From NCBI RefSeq assembly GCF_004010195.1, contig NC_057719.1:60499080-60563079 (forward strand): DNA of 64,000 bases, written 5' to 3'. The DNA is from Chiloscyllium plagiosum (taxonomy: Eukaryota). The position numbers and the translations under genes were made by a program. The notes under the pieces were generated by a model, which saw only the letters and a program-made list of their open reading frames with translations, was not told the origin of the DNA and searched no databases. Positions 47,400-60,455 of this stretch are shown piece after piece (the stretch's first letter is position 1; every line of letters starts with the position of its first letter).

Positions 47400-48897
47400 G
47401 TTGGGACCTGGAGGTCCTGATGGATGAGGTGGTGTCGAGGAGAGCCATCATCATCCTTAAGTCACAGGCGAGGATATTTGCCTCATCTCTCTCCACAGGG
47501 GTCGTACCGTAGGATTGGAAGGGGGCGAATGTTGTTCCTCTTTTCAAGAAGGGTAATAGGGAAATCCCTGGCAATTATAGACCAGTCAGTCTTATGTCTT
47601 TGGTCAGCGAAGTTTTAAAGGCAGTCAGCATGGCTTTGTGAGGGGCAGGTCATTACCCACAAATCTTATTGAGTTCTTTGAGGAGGTGTCAAGACAGGTC
47701 AATGACGGTCAAGCAAATGGATGTGGTGTATATAGACTTCAGCAAGGCATTTGATAGGGTTCCCCATGGTAGGCTCATTCATAAAGTCAGGAAGTATGGG
47801 GTACAGGGGGATTTGGCTATCTGGATTCAGAATTGGCTGGCTAACAGAAGGCAGAGAGTGGTTGTAGATGGAATGTATTCTGCCTGAAGGACAGTGTTGA
47901 GTGGGGTCCCGCAGGGCTCTGTTCTTGGGCCTCTGCTCTTTGTAGTTTTTATAAATGACTTGGATGAGGAGGTTGAGGGGTGGGGTTAGTAAATTTGCAG
48001 ATAACACAAAGGTTGAAGGTGTCGTCGATAGTATAGAGCGCTACTGCAGGCTGCAGCGTGACATAGACAGGATGCAGAGCTGGGCTGAGAAATGGCAGAT
48101 GGAGTTCAACCTGGATAAATGCGAAGTGATGCATTTTGGAAGGTAGAACTCAAATGCTGAATATAGGATTAAAGACTGGATTCTTGGCAGTGTGGAGGAA
48201 CAGAGGGATCTGGGTGTGCAAATACATAGATCACTCAAAGTTGCCACCCAAGTGGATAGGGCTATTAAGAAAGCATATGGTATTTTGGCTTTCATTAACA
48301 GGGGGATTGAGTTTAAGAGCCACGAGGTTTTGCTGCAGCTCTACAAGTCCCTAGTGAGACCACACTTGGAATATTGTGTCCAGTTCTGGTCGCCCAACTA
48401 TAGGAAAGATACAGGGGCTTTGGAGAGGGTGCAAAGAAGGTTTACCAGGATGCTGCCTGGACTGGAGGGTTTGCCTTATGAAGAAAGGTTGAATAAGCTC
48501 AGACCTTTCTCTCTGGAGAGAAGGAGGAAGAGAGGAGACCTGATAGAGGTGTACAAAATAATGAGAGGAATAGATAGTCAATAGCCAGAGACTTTTCCCC
48601 AGGGCAGGATTGACTGGTACAAGAAGCCATAGTCTGAAGATATTAGGAGGAAGGTATAAAGGAGACGTCAGAGGTAGGCTCTTTACGCAAAGAGTTGTGA
48701 ATGCATGAAATGCGTTGCCAGCTGTGGTGATAGAGGCAGAGTCCTTGGGGGTCGCTTATCGACTGCACATGGATAGCAGTGAGTTGAGGGGTACATGGGT
48801 TAAGTTATTATATTTTACATCAGGATTAAATCTTGGCACAACATCATGGGCCAAAGGGCCTGTTCTGTGCTGTACTTTTCTATGTCCTATGTTCTAT
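47400..48897 (+). mobile_element. CR1 LINE, 5'-truncated
   Basis: [55 protein letters not shown]; tail CTATGTTCTAT. Confidence 0.93.
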
Positions 48898-50884
48898 CTA
48901 AGAACACATCTCTGCTACTGCCACCCAGCTCCCACTAAGACTCATATGATACTGCTCTCACTATCATAAGCAACATCTTCTGTCACTAGCTTCCATTGGG
49001 CCTAATTCCCCACATTTCAAAAACTATATTGTCTCTGAGCTGCTTCACTCAATCAGGACAACTTACCACTATTTCCACACCTGCACCAGCAAAGCACCAA
49101 CAACTTTGCCAGCTACTATCACCTCAATCAATTCTTCCTTTTGTCTCATTGCAGGAAGAAAGGGCTACAATAGGGCAGAGAGAGCCAAAATGGATTATGG
49201 GATGCCTAGCATTCAACACTTCACGCCCTGCAAAGAAAGGAGCCCAGCTCTTGCCAGTGAGAACCACAACTGCTCATATGGTGATGTCAAAACCTCCAAG
49301 TCCCAGGAAAACATGAATCATTGAACATTGCTGTACTGTTTTTCCAGTAGCACCACTCTAAATGCATTTTTAATATGCCCAAATTCCAAGGCCATATTCG
49401 CAATTTGTACTCTTTCTTGTGTCCCACAACTATATATGCATCAGTAGCCAAGAGGGCAACTCCAAAAAGACACCTCCTCCTTCATCTCTGAGGAAGAAGC
49501 CACAAATCCCAAAGAGGTTGCATCAGTAAGGTTGCTTCCTACACTCTGCACCAGCTCAGATTCTGGCACCTCGCTAGATATTCTTACTAGATTAGAGTTG
49601 GGACTGCATGCTATTAAGAACATCACTGCCACATCCCTGCAGCTGATCAAGAAAGAAACCTCCAAATTCACTGGTATTCAGAAGAATATTAGAGATCAAA
49701 TACCTGCTCAGCCCCATGTTGTCTGCAGTTTTAGAACGTAATTGAAATGCACAAAACAACACAGGAACAGCAGGCAGATTTGGTGAGGGGTACTGGGCAA
49801 ACTCACATCAAGGTTGGAGAATACTACTCTGATATGCAAGCATCTCGCTGTCTATACGGGCAAGTTGGTGGCTAGGCAGTACCCTCAGTGCATGCTGGAT
49901 ATATGCATTGACCGGCATTTCATCATGCGAGCCGTTAGTGACCAACACCAATGGTAAGGCAACAAGAGTGCGGGTTCTTTCACATCACTACTGATGTCTG
50001 TTCCTGAAAGGAAACTAGGTGCTGCTAGTAGGCATATAATTGAAGGAGGAATCACATACCGACACCTAAGGTTTTCTCTTAGGACATCCAGGCTACTTCC
50101 AATTGGTCTGTCTTTCTCTGCCCTGCATCAGGGCTAGATGCAAATGCCCTAGGTTCACCTTACTAAATCTCCAAGGATAACATACTCCACTGTTCAGCAG
50201 GTTCCGATCATCCCAGCTGGAAAGCCTAGGACTGCACTGAGACATAGTGGGAGGGAAAGGTGAAAGAACAACTTGAAGGCACATAGGTGACATAGGGTGA
50301 AATGTCAGTGTAAATATGTTCCCACATTTCTAATTAAAAGTCCAGACAAAGTCACCATAGTCCTACTCGACTACAGAGCTGTTCTCTTATTTGAGAGAGA
50401 TGATTGGTGGTGGTTCAACCTGAGGATCACCACGGCTAGCCCACAGGAGAGGATGACAAGGGTAGTCCTTCATGGCAATCTCAGCTAGTGCAAGAAGTGA
50501 ACCCATGCTGTTGGCATCACTCACTATTCATTAATGATGCAAAATATTTCATGGACCAAAGTGTGAAGTGAGCAGCTTTTGCACCTTAAGCAAACATGGA
50601 AGGCATATACTATTTTGGCAACCAGAGTCATTCATTCCAGGCTACAATACATTGCTTGTGCACCATATTGTGATTAATGGGAATTGTTTCTGGTGTTATA
50701 TGATGTGGTTAGGAGTGATTGAGGCCAAGATTTGAACAGAATACAGTAGATAAATTTTAAACATCACAGACAGTATTTATTGCTCGCATATGTCTTTTAC
50801 CTGTACAATGTGTGCCTGCTTTTGCCCTTTGAAGGGTGTCACATCACATGAAAGTGGACCCTGCCCTCGCATAAAAAAAATGAG

Positions 50885-51826
50885 CCAACCATTTTCAACT
50901 GCTTTATCATTGACCTTCCCACTATCATAAGGTCAGAAGTATTGCTGTTCCTGATGATGACACAATGTTCAGTGCCATTTACAACTCCTCAGACACTGAA
51001 GTGATCCAAGTTCAAATGCAACAAGACCAAGGCAATATCCAGGCGTGGCCTGACAAGTGGGAAGTAACACTCCTGCTACACAAATGCCAGGTAATTAACC
51101 TCTCCAATAAGAAACAATCTAACCACCCACACTTGACAGTCAATGGTGTTACCATCACTGAATCCTCCACTATCAACATCTTTTGAAGTTATCAGAAACT
51201 CAACTGTACTGACCACATAAATACAGTGGCTACAAAAGCAAGGCAGAGGCTAGGAATATGTGGTGAGTAACTCATCTCCTGACTCCCCCAAAGACTGTCA
51301 GTCATCTGGAAGGCACAAGACAGGAGTGTGATGGAATATTCCCCACTTCCTTAAATGCTCCAATATCACTCAAGAGTCTGACAGCATTCAGGACAAAGCA
51401 GAGCACTTGTTTGTAATCATATCCATAAGTATTAATTCCCTCCCACCACTAATGCTCAGTTGCAGCTGTATGTATTATAAGAGGCAGTGAAGAAATTCAC
51501 TAAGGCTCCTTAGACAGCACCTTCCAAATCTGCAATCATTTCCATCTAGAAGGGCAAGGGCTGCAGATACATGGGAACACCATCATCTGCAAGTTCCCCT
51601 CCAAGCCATTCATCATCCTGACTTGGAAGTATATTGCTGTTCCTTCACTGTTGCAGTGTCAAAATCCTGGAATTCCCTCCCCAAGGACATTATGGATCAA
51701 CCCAGAGCATGTGAAATGCAGTAGTTCAAGATAGAAGCTCACCATCTTCTCAACGATAATGAGAGATGACCAATAAATGCTGGCCAACCCCAATGGCATC
51801 CACATCCCACGAGTGAATAAAAAAAA
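50885..51826 (+). mobile_element. L2/CR1-clade LINE 3' region with tail
   Basis: MQQDQGNIQAWPDKWEVT..KCQV; tail CAATAAATGCTGGCC..CATCCCACGAGTGAATAAAAAAAA. Confidence 0.8.
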
Positions 51827-51886
51827 GTAATTTACCCAACCAATTCCAAGTACGGTGGCAGCCATTTTCACACCATGTTCATATTC

Positions 51887-52110
51887 AGCGAAAGTGAGGA
51901 CTGCAAATGCTGGAGATCAGAGTCAAGATTAGAGTGGTGTTGGAAAAGCACAGCAGGTCAGGCAGCATTCGAGGAGCAGGAAAATCGATGTTTCAGGCAA
52001 AAGCCATTCATCGGGACTTTCTGAAGGGCTTTTGCCCGAAATATCGATATTCCTGCTCCTCAGATGTTGCCTAACCTGCTATGCTTTTCCAGCACCACTC
52101 TAATCTTGAA
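51887..52110. mobile_element. palindromic Penelope terminal insertion
   Basis: Inverted arms of about 85 bp (51923-52010 and 52022-52109) meeting at the hammerhead cores; 12-bp TSD ATGTTCATATTC at 51875-51886 and 52111-52122. Confidence 0.88.
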
Positions 52111-53077
52111 ATGTTCATATTCCCCCATTATAGCTTCCCAGTAACTCCACTTGCTTTGATCTTCCCCAAATTCTCACCCATCCTGTTTATTTCACTGTTT
52201 ATCTCCATACTTTACCACCTTTGCTCAACCATATCCAGTCATCATACCAAATGTACTGCTCTGTCTCACCTTTGAAGCAAATATGGTGTTGACTGTTGGT
52301 GAAGCTCCCAACTTAACTATTTCCCTCTTGTGCTCTATCCCCATACCTTATATATTGAGTTTCCACCTTGACAACGTTTCTGCATCTCAGTATGTTATTT
52401 CTAAACTTCATAGTTGAGTTCTTCGGCTTCCCTCTTCAGCAGTGGCTCCTAATAGCACACCCTTGCCATTTGACTGATGGACCACTAGGATCATAGCTTG
52501 GACAGAGAGCCCTGACTGATGACAGACCAGAATCAACTGATCTTTGTGCATATACCAACTGATGTTCTATGGCTCTTCGAATTGACAAGGCTAACTGTAG
52601 CTCACTCCCTGACTGTAGAGATACAGACCGCCTGAACCTAGATGTCCCAATTAGCCATGCCCAAGCTCATGGACTATTATCAAAGGCTACTCTTGAGGTC
52701 TGTTTCCATGCTGTATGATTCTAAGACAGAAGACGACTTAACTTAGACTTGAGATATGGCCATTTAGTTCATGCAGTATGCTTGATGCGTAAGCTGATTA
52801 CATGTGGTACACTTTTGAAACTGGCGTAGAATGGTGATGTACAGCTATGATTGCTGACAACCATGACACACTGCTTGGTTTTGTGTCTCCATGAAGCAGC
52901 ACAGTAACACATGAATATTGTGAGCCTTTATGATTTGGCTGAAGGGGCAAATACAAAAAAGTAAAGCATTGCAGATACTGTGAGCATCCAAATGGGAACA
53001 AAGAGAGTCAGCATTAAAATAATAGATAAGGAGCTCCGAAATACACTCTGGTCCATCCACCTATAGTTCGAGTACCT

Positions 53078-55440
53078 TTAGATGGGTCAGTTTTTGTCCA
53101 ATGTGTGCAGGAGGGTTTCCTGACACAGTATGTAGGCAAGCCAACAAGGGGTGAGGCTAAATTGGATTTGGTACTGGGTAATGAACCTGCCCAGGTGTTA
53201 GATTTAGAGGTAGGTGAGCACTTTGGTGAAAGTGACCACAATTTGGGTATGTTTACTTTAGCAATGGAAAGGGATAGATATACACTGCAGGCAAGAATTA
53301 TTATTGTGGGAAAGGTAACAATGATGCAATTAGGCAAGATTTAGGATGCATAAGATTGGAAATTAAACTGCAGGGGATGGGGCCAATTGAAATGTGAAAC
53401 TTATCCAAGGAACAGCTACTGCATGTCCTTGATAAATATGTACCTGCCAGGCAGGGAGGAAGTGGTCAAGTGAGGGAGCCATGGTTTACTAAAGAAGTTG
53501 AATCTTTTGTCAAATGGAAGAGTGCTTATGTTAGGATGAGATGTGAAGGCTTTGTTAAGGCACTTCTAAGTTACAGGTTAGCCAGGAAAAACCTAGTGAG
53601 AGAATTAAGAAGAGCCAGGAGAGGACAAGAGAAGTCATTGGCAGATAGGATCAAGGAAATTGCTAAAGCTTTCTATCGGTATATCAGGAATAAAAGAATG
53701 ACTAGAGGAAGATTAAGGCCAATCAAGGATAGTAGGAAGTTGTGTGTGGCATCCGAGGAGATAGGGGAAGCACTAAATGAATATCTTTTCGTCAGTATTC
53801 ACAGAGGAAAAAGACAATGTTGTCGAGGAGAATACTGAGATACAGGCTACAAGACTAGATGGAATTGAGGTTCACAAGGAGGAGGTGTTAGCAATTCTGG
53901 GAAGTATGAAAATAGATAAGTCTCCTGGGCCAGATGGGATTTATCCTAGGATTCTCCGGGAAGCCAGGTAGGAGATTGCAGAACCTTTAGCTTTGATCTC
54001 TATGTTGTCATTATCTACAAGAATAGTGCCAGAAGACTGGAGGATAGCAAATGTTGTCCCCTTATTCAAGAAGGGAAGTATAGACAACCCTGGTATTATA
54101 GACCAGTGAGCCTTACTTCAGTTGTGGGTAAAGTGTTGGAAAATGTCATAGGATATAGCATTTATAATCATCTCTAAAAGAATAAGATTAGGGACAGTCA
54201 ACACAGTTTTGAGAGGGGTACGTCGTGCCTCACGAAACTTATTAAGTTATTTGAGATGGTGACTAAACAGTTGGATGAGGGTAAAGTGGTTGATTTGGTG
54301 TATATGGATTTCAGTAAGGCATTCAATAAGGTTACCCATGATAGGCTATTGCATAAAATACGGAGGCATGGGATTGAAGGTGATTTAGCGGTTTGGATCA
54401 GAAAGTGGCTAGCTGAAAGAAGACAGAGGATGGTTGTTGATGGAAAATGTTCATCCTGGAGTTTACTTACTAGAAGTTTACCACAGGGATCTGTTTTGGG
54501 GTCACTGTTGTTTGTCATTTTTATACATGACCTTGATGAGGGCAAAGGATGGATTAGTAAATTTGCAGATGTCATGAAGGTCAGTGGAATTGTGGATAGT
54601 GCTGAAGGATGTTGCAGGTTACAGAGGGACATAGATAAGCTGCAGAGCTGGGCTGAGAGGTGGCAAATGGAATTTAATGCATACAAGTGTGAGGTGATTC
54701 ACTTTGGAAGGAGCAACAAGAATGCAGAGTACTGGGCTACTGGTATGATTCTTGGTAGTATAGATGAGCATAGAGATGTCCATATTATAGATCCCTGAAA
54801 ATTACCAACCAGGTTGATAGGGTTGTCAAGAAGGCATACTGTGTGTTAGCTTTTACTGATGGAGGGATTGAGTTTCAGAGCTACGAGGTCACGCTGCAGC
54901 TGTACAAAACTCTGGTGCGGCCACACTTGGAGTACTGGTCACTGCATTATAGGAAGGATGTGGAAGCTTTGGAAAAGGTGCAGAGGAAATTTACCAGGAT
55001 GTTGCCTAGTATAGAGGGAAGATCTTATGAAGAAAGGCTGAGGGATTTGAGGCTGTTTTCATTAGAGAGAAAAAGGTTAAGAGGTGACTTAATTGAGACA
55101 TATAAGATAATCAGAGGGTTAGAAAGGGTGGACAGTGAGACCTTTTTTCCTTGGATAGTGACGGCCAGCATGAGCGGACATAGCTTTAAATTGAGGGGTG
55201 ATAGATATAGGATAGATGTCAGAGGTAGTTTCTTTACTCAGAGAGTAGTAGGGTAGTGGAATACACTGCCTGCAACAGTAGTAGACTCACCAATTTTAAG
55301 GGCATTTAAATGGTCATTGGATAAACCTATGGATGAAAATGGAATAGTGTAAGGTTGGTCAGCTTCAGATTGGTTCCATAGGTCAGCACAATATAGGGGG
55401 CCGAAGGGCCTGTACTGTGCTGTAATGTTCTATGATCTAT
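53078..55440 (+). mobile_element. CR1 LINE ORF2 (EN C-terminus to 3' UTR)
   Basis: [58 protein letters not shown]; tail TGTTCTATGATCTATG. Confidence 0.93.
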
Positions 55441-56099
55441 GAATGAGTGCCTATCCCTGTGAGCAATATGACCTGGCAGCAGGTTTGCGAAGAGAGATGC
55501 CAATGTCCCCAAAGTGCAGCACTGAAATGCAGAACCACATTGTAAGTGGGTTGGAGATGTGCCATGATGATGCAGTGAGACTGATACATGTCCAATGCTG
55601 GTAGCTGTGGATAAGTGATGCATGCGGGCACTGCCTATGGACTATAGCCTAAATTGTTGGTGCCTAATGTTCAAGATGGAGGACTGGGAGAGCAAGCGAA
55701 AGGCTGGAGTCACCAAGTACCTGCTATAACTTTTATGTGGGGAATTTTCGCTGTCTAGTCTCTATCTGGCAGATGAGAGAATTGGAAACTGCATAGCAAT
55801 GAGGTGAAATAAATCATCATCTGATATTAATATATGCTAATACATGCAAATAGGCTCTTACCACTCAGTAGTGAGAATCCCGAATCACAATTCATCATTT
55901 GATTGGAAAATGGAACTTTTATCTCAAAATTAAGAATCTTCTTACTACTGATCTCACTCAATTTTCCCAACTTTCTTACCAATTGCACATGTCATTCAGG
56001 AGCTTGGAAGACTCCATCCTCTGCTGCTGCAGCCAAGACCCAAAGGCTGACATGTGCTCAAATTAAGTGCATCTCGCTCGGGCTGGACAGTAACTTGGA

Positions 56100-57185
56100 G
56101 TGAGAGAAGAAGGATCCAGTTACTGTGCTTTGTGTAGGTACAAGCAGCATAGGTATAACTAAGAAATAGATTCTGTTAAGGGAATATGGGCAGCTAGAGG
56201 AAAATTAAAAAGCAGAACCACAATGATAATAATCTTTGGATTATGACATGAAAAATAAACAATCTGGCACAGGTAAATAGATCATAGATCAAAGTGCATT
56301 GCTCAGAGTTTGGTGTGTGACATTGGTATTGGTACTGGGGGAAAGGGAACTATAGCCTTGGGATGGTCTTAACTTGAACTGTGCCAAGACTGGCATCCTG
56401 GTAAATTCACTGAGTTGGGGAGGTGAAGGAAGGGTTCACATAAGGAAAGATTTAGAAAAATGCAATGGCAATAATGAAGGACAATACATTAGGGAATGAT
56501 ATTCAGTGTGTGACAGAAAGTTGTAGAGCATAAAACACAAATGTCGGGAAAAATTGGAAAAATGCCAGTTTAAAGGTTCTTTATGTGAGCACATGGAGGA
56601 TTGAAGATTAGCTGCCTGACAGAGAACAGAGGTAATGCAGAAATGGGTCTTGGTCTGATTGCAGGATTTGTTTTTATTCATTCACAGGAGAAGGGTGTCG
56701 CTGGCTAGGCCAGCATTTATTTCCCAGAGGGCAGTTAAGAATTGCTGTGGGTCTGGATTCAAAGGTAGGCCAGACCAAGTAAGGAAGGCAGTTTCCTTCC
56801 TTAAAGGGCATTAGTGAAGCATATGGGTTTCCAACAGTCAATGATTTACGGTCATCATCAGACTCTTATTTCCAGATTATTATTGAATTCAACTTCCACC
56901 ATCTCGGCCATCGTCTCCTCTTGTGGATGTGATAAGTGGAGTCCAATTTACAATGACCTGAATGAGTGATGTGAAAGTGTGGTAGCTAAATTTACGATGA
57001 CACCAAGATAGATAAAAAGTATGCTGTGAAGGAGGTTAATAGAGAGAAGGATAGGTTGAACGATTGAGTGAGTGAACAAAAACTGGCAGATGGAGTATCA
57101 TTTGAGAAAATATGAAGTTGTTCACTTTGCCAGAAAGAATGAAAAAGCATGGTATTACATAATTAGAGAAATTATTGATTGGGAT
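56100..57185. mobile_element. cluster of old LINE fragments (CR1 ORF1 esterase 56100-56420, L2-like tail on minus 56665-56905, CR1 RT 56930-57185)
   Basis: Esterase-like PVTVLCVGTSSIG and DGLNLN; GCTGGCTAGGCCAGCATTTAT; AKF.DDTKI. Confidence 0.55.
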
Positions 57186-57748
57186 TGTTATGGACCAGAC
57201 CAGACACTCCCACCTCCTCAAAATATGTTAAGAAGGTAGCCCAGACCCTAACTTTTTCTTATTTTAATTTTAATTTTATTCACTTTACATATTCCATGTG
57301 TGATGAAGCTGGTCACACTAGAATTTATTTAAACAGTACTGTTGAAACACAAACAAAGAAAACAGAATTTAGAATAATCAACTATTTGAAAACTCAACCG
57401 ACTCGAAATCACTACTTAACTAAGGAGCTGTACCAATTCCCATAACATCCCGTAAATACACCTCTTGGCAAAAGGAAAATTCAAATACAGGTTCTTACAG
57501 GCAGGAGAGATTTCAGAGAATCAAGCCTGTCAAAAATCTGCTGATGCTTGGATCCTTTCTCCAGACTGCAGCAACTTCTCACTGTTATAACTAAAAGAAA
57601 CTAAAAAACCTGAATTGGGAGAATGAGCATCTCCCTTGCCATTGTTAAACTAAGCTCCTTCCCATACATTCCGGTAACTCTGTCCTTACAACCTCTCTTA
57701 AAAAAATCCTCGGACAAAATAATTTTGTTAGGGGGCAGCATCGTCACA
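57186..57748. mobile_element. solo LTR (Gypsy-like)
   Basis: TGTTATGG ... CGTCACA termini; 4-bp flanks GGAT/AGAT. Confidence 0.65.
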
Positions 57749-57914
57749 AGATGAACATCAGTTTGATAAAGCACGCAATGGTGTGAAAGGAGTGTATATT
57801 CCATATTGACCATACATGCTAGAGGCAAGGATAGAAGATTGACTGACTGGCAGAAGACACAAAATAGGGATAAAGGGGTATTTTTTAGGAAGGCAGCTGG
57901 TGACGAGTGGAGTG

Positions 57915-59090
57915 CTGATTAGAGTGGTGCTGGAAAAGCACAGCAGGTCAGGCAGCATCCGAGGAGCAGGAAAATCGACGTTTCGGGCAAAAGCCTTTCA
58001 TCAGGAATANNNNNNNNNNNNNNNNNNNNNNNNNNNNNNNNNNNNNNNNNNNNNNNNNNNNNNNNNNNNNNNNNNNNNNNNNNNNNNNNNNNNNNNNNNN
58101 NNNNNNNNNNNNNNNNNNNNNNNNNNNNNNNNNNNNNNNNNNNNNNNNNNNNNNNNNNNNNNNNNNNNNNNNNNNNNNNNNNNNNNNNNNNNNNNNNNNN
58201 NNNNNNNNNNNNNNNNNNNNNNNNNNNNNNNNNNNNNNNNNNNNNNNNNNNNNNNNNNNNNNNNNNNNNNNNNNNNNNNNNNNNNNNNNNNNNNNNNNNN
58301 NNNNNNNNNNNNNNNNNNNNNNNNNNNNNNNNNNNNNNNNNNNNNNNNNNNNNNNNNNNNNNNNNNNNNNNNNNNNNNNNNNNNNNNNNNNNNNNNNNNN
58401 NNNNNNNNNNNNNNNNNNNNNNNNNNNNNNNNNNNNNNNNNNNNNNNNNNNNNNNNNNNNNNNNNNNNNNNNNNNNNNNNNNNNNNNNNNNNNNNNNNNN
58501 NNNNNNNNNNNNNNNNNNNNNNNNNNNNNNNNNNNNNNNNNNNNNNNNNNNNNNNNNNNNNNNNNNNNNNNNNNNNNNNNNNNNNNNNNNNNNNNNNNNN
58601 NTCTGTCCTTGTTACGGTTGGAGGGGTGGGGTTTGAGGCGGAGGGGTGGGATGTGGATGAGATGCATTGGATGACCATCTCTGACACCTCCCTTCCCTTC
58701 CTGGACATCTCCATCTCCATTAATTACGACCGACTTGACACTGACATTTTTTACAAAGCCACTGACTCCCACAGCTACCTGGATTATACCTCTTCCCACC
58801 CTACCTCCAGCAAAAATGCCATCCCGTATTCCCAATTCCTCAGCCCCAGGAGAACCAGTTCCACCACAGAACCTACCAGATGGCCTCCTTCTTTAATGAC
58901 CACAATTTCCCTTCCCAGGTGGTTAAAGATGCATCTCATCCACATCCTGCTCCTCTGCCCTCAAACCCCACCCCTCCAACCGTAACAAGGACAGAACCCC
59001 CCGGTGCTCACCTTCCACCCTTCGCATACACCACATCATTCAATGACATTTCCACCACCTCCAAACGGACCCCACCCCCTTTTCCACTTT
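57915..59090. mobile_element. Penelope-like element with an inverted terminus, spanning gap 58010-58601
   Basis: SLPFLDISISI..TDIFYKATDSHSYLDYTSSHP..AIPYSQFL (PLE RT); inverted hammerhead terminus at 57915-58009; 58602-58660 inverted relative to 58930-58993. Confidence 0.88.
58010..58601. other. assembly gap
   Basis: run of N. Confidence 1.
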
Positions 59091-59622
59091 GAGGGCAGTA
59101 CAATCAAAAAGCAACTATCTTTTTTGTGTCCCAATAGAATCAGTAATCAGGTTTCCAAAGATCATCAGAAAATTTAGTCACTTGCTAATCCACTTGAAAT
59201 TCAGAACTTAGCATTTATAAAAGGGCTTTTCTGGACATTATGAATGCTCACTAATTGATTTCTCTGATATGGCTATTATTAAATACTTAAGTTTTGGAAA
59301 TCCTCTGATCCTACTCCACAACTGCAGGGTAAGGTATTGGACTTCTCTTTGTGCAAAGTTTGTATTGCTGAATTAATCCAATTGCCTTGGATTTGAAGCA
59401 TTTAAATGTTTTGGCCTGACTTTTGGCATTTATAGTGTTATTAGGAGGAAAGTATCACTATGGTGCCTCTCCACAGATTAACTGCACTTGCATTTGTTGG
59501 AGTTTGAACTTTCCAGTTTTCTGCTGCTTTTTTTCCCACTGATTTGTTTAATTGTCATTGTCTCCTGGAAATTGACCAAAATTTAGCTCCTCCTTATGGC
59601 CTTTTGCAAAACCACAACCAAG

Positions 59623-60310
59623 TGTTACGACACGGGGTAAACACTGCTGCTTAATTTAAAACCAGCAACACAGAAAAGATTTATCACGTGCAGTAATCTG
59701 TAAAAATTCGAGTGGCCAAGAACTACTTAAATTAACAACTTTATTTCTTAAAGTATAACAGAGAATAATTGACTAACAACTATGTACAAGTTCTTACTCT
59801 AACCTATCTTTTACCTTCCCTTCGATAATACTAGTCTGATAAAACTCCCAATTAAGATTTACAAATCAACAAGTATCTGAAAACCAAACAGCTTTCGGTT
59901 CTTCTGTTTGGATTTTCCTGTATCATCTTTTCTTCTTAGGGATTCTGCTTCACAGGTTACTGATTGAAAAGGGTACTTTTAAGATAGCTATTTTTCAGAC
60001 AGTCTTTTACCCGCTGGTACTTGGCAGTTCTCCTCCCAATTGTTCATTTTTTTTCCCCAGTCATTATGTAATTGGCTTTTAAGATTGTTAATATATTCAA
60101 TTCAAACTTGATTGGAAATTGGGATTTTTTGGGGGGGGTATAATTTAAACTGATTGGCCCAATTCAAATCTGTTTTCGTCATTTCCAAGCAACAAGATAA
60201 TTGAGTTGTTTAATTGTGTTACATTGTTACCTTATTGAGAACACTTGGTGCTGTGTCTAGTAGTTCTTCTGCTTTTAACTCTTTTAAGGAATACCCACAT
60301 TGTCATAACA
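59623..60310. mobile_element. solo LTR (Gypsy-like)
   Basis: Inverted termini TGTTACGACA ... TGTCATAACA; 4-bp flanks CAAG/GAAG. Confidence 0.75.
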
Positions 60311-60327
60311 GAAGAGATATGAAAGCC

Positions 60328-60455
60328 ATTCTGAAGAAGGGTCACTAGACCTGAAACTCTGCTTTCTCTCTGCAGATGCTCCCAGACCTGCTGTGTTTTT
60401 CCAGCAGTTTCTGTTTTTGTTTCTGATTTGCAGTATGCACAGTTCTTTGATTTAT
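60328..60455 (+). mobile_element. Penelope-type terminal fragment with a decayed hammerhead
   Basis: TTCTGAAGAAGGGTCACTAGACCTGAAAC..CAGATGCTCCCAGACCTGCTG. Confidence 0.65.

Noticed and set aside
51887..52110. MITE or miRNA hairpin
   Set aside because: The arms match Penelope 3' termini found attached to GIY-YIG coding sequence elsewhere in the window, and the TSD length varies between copies
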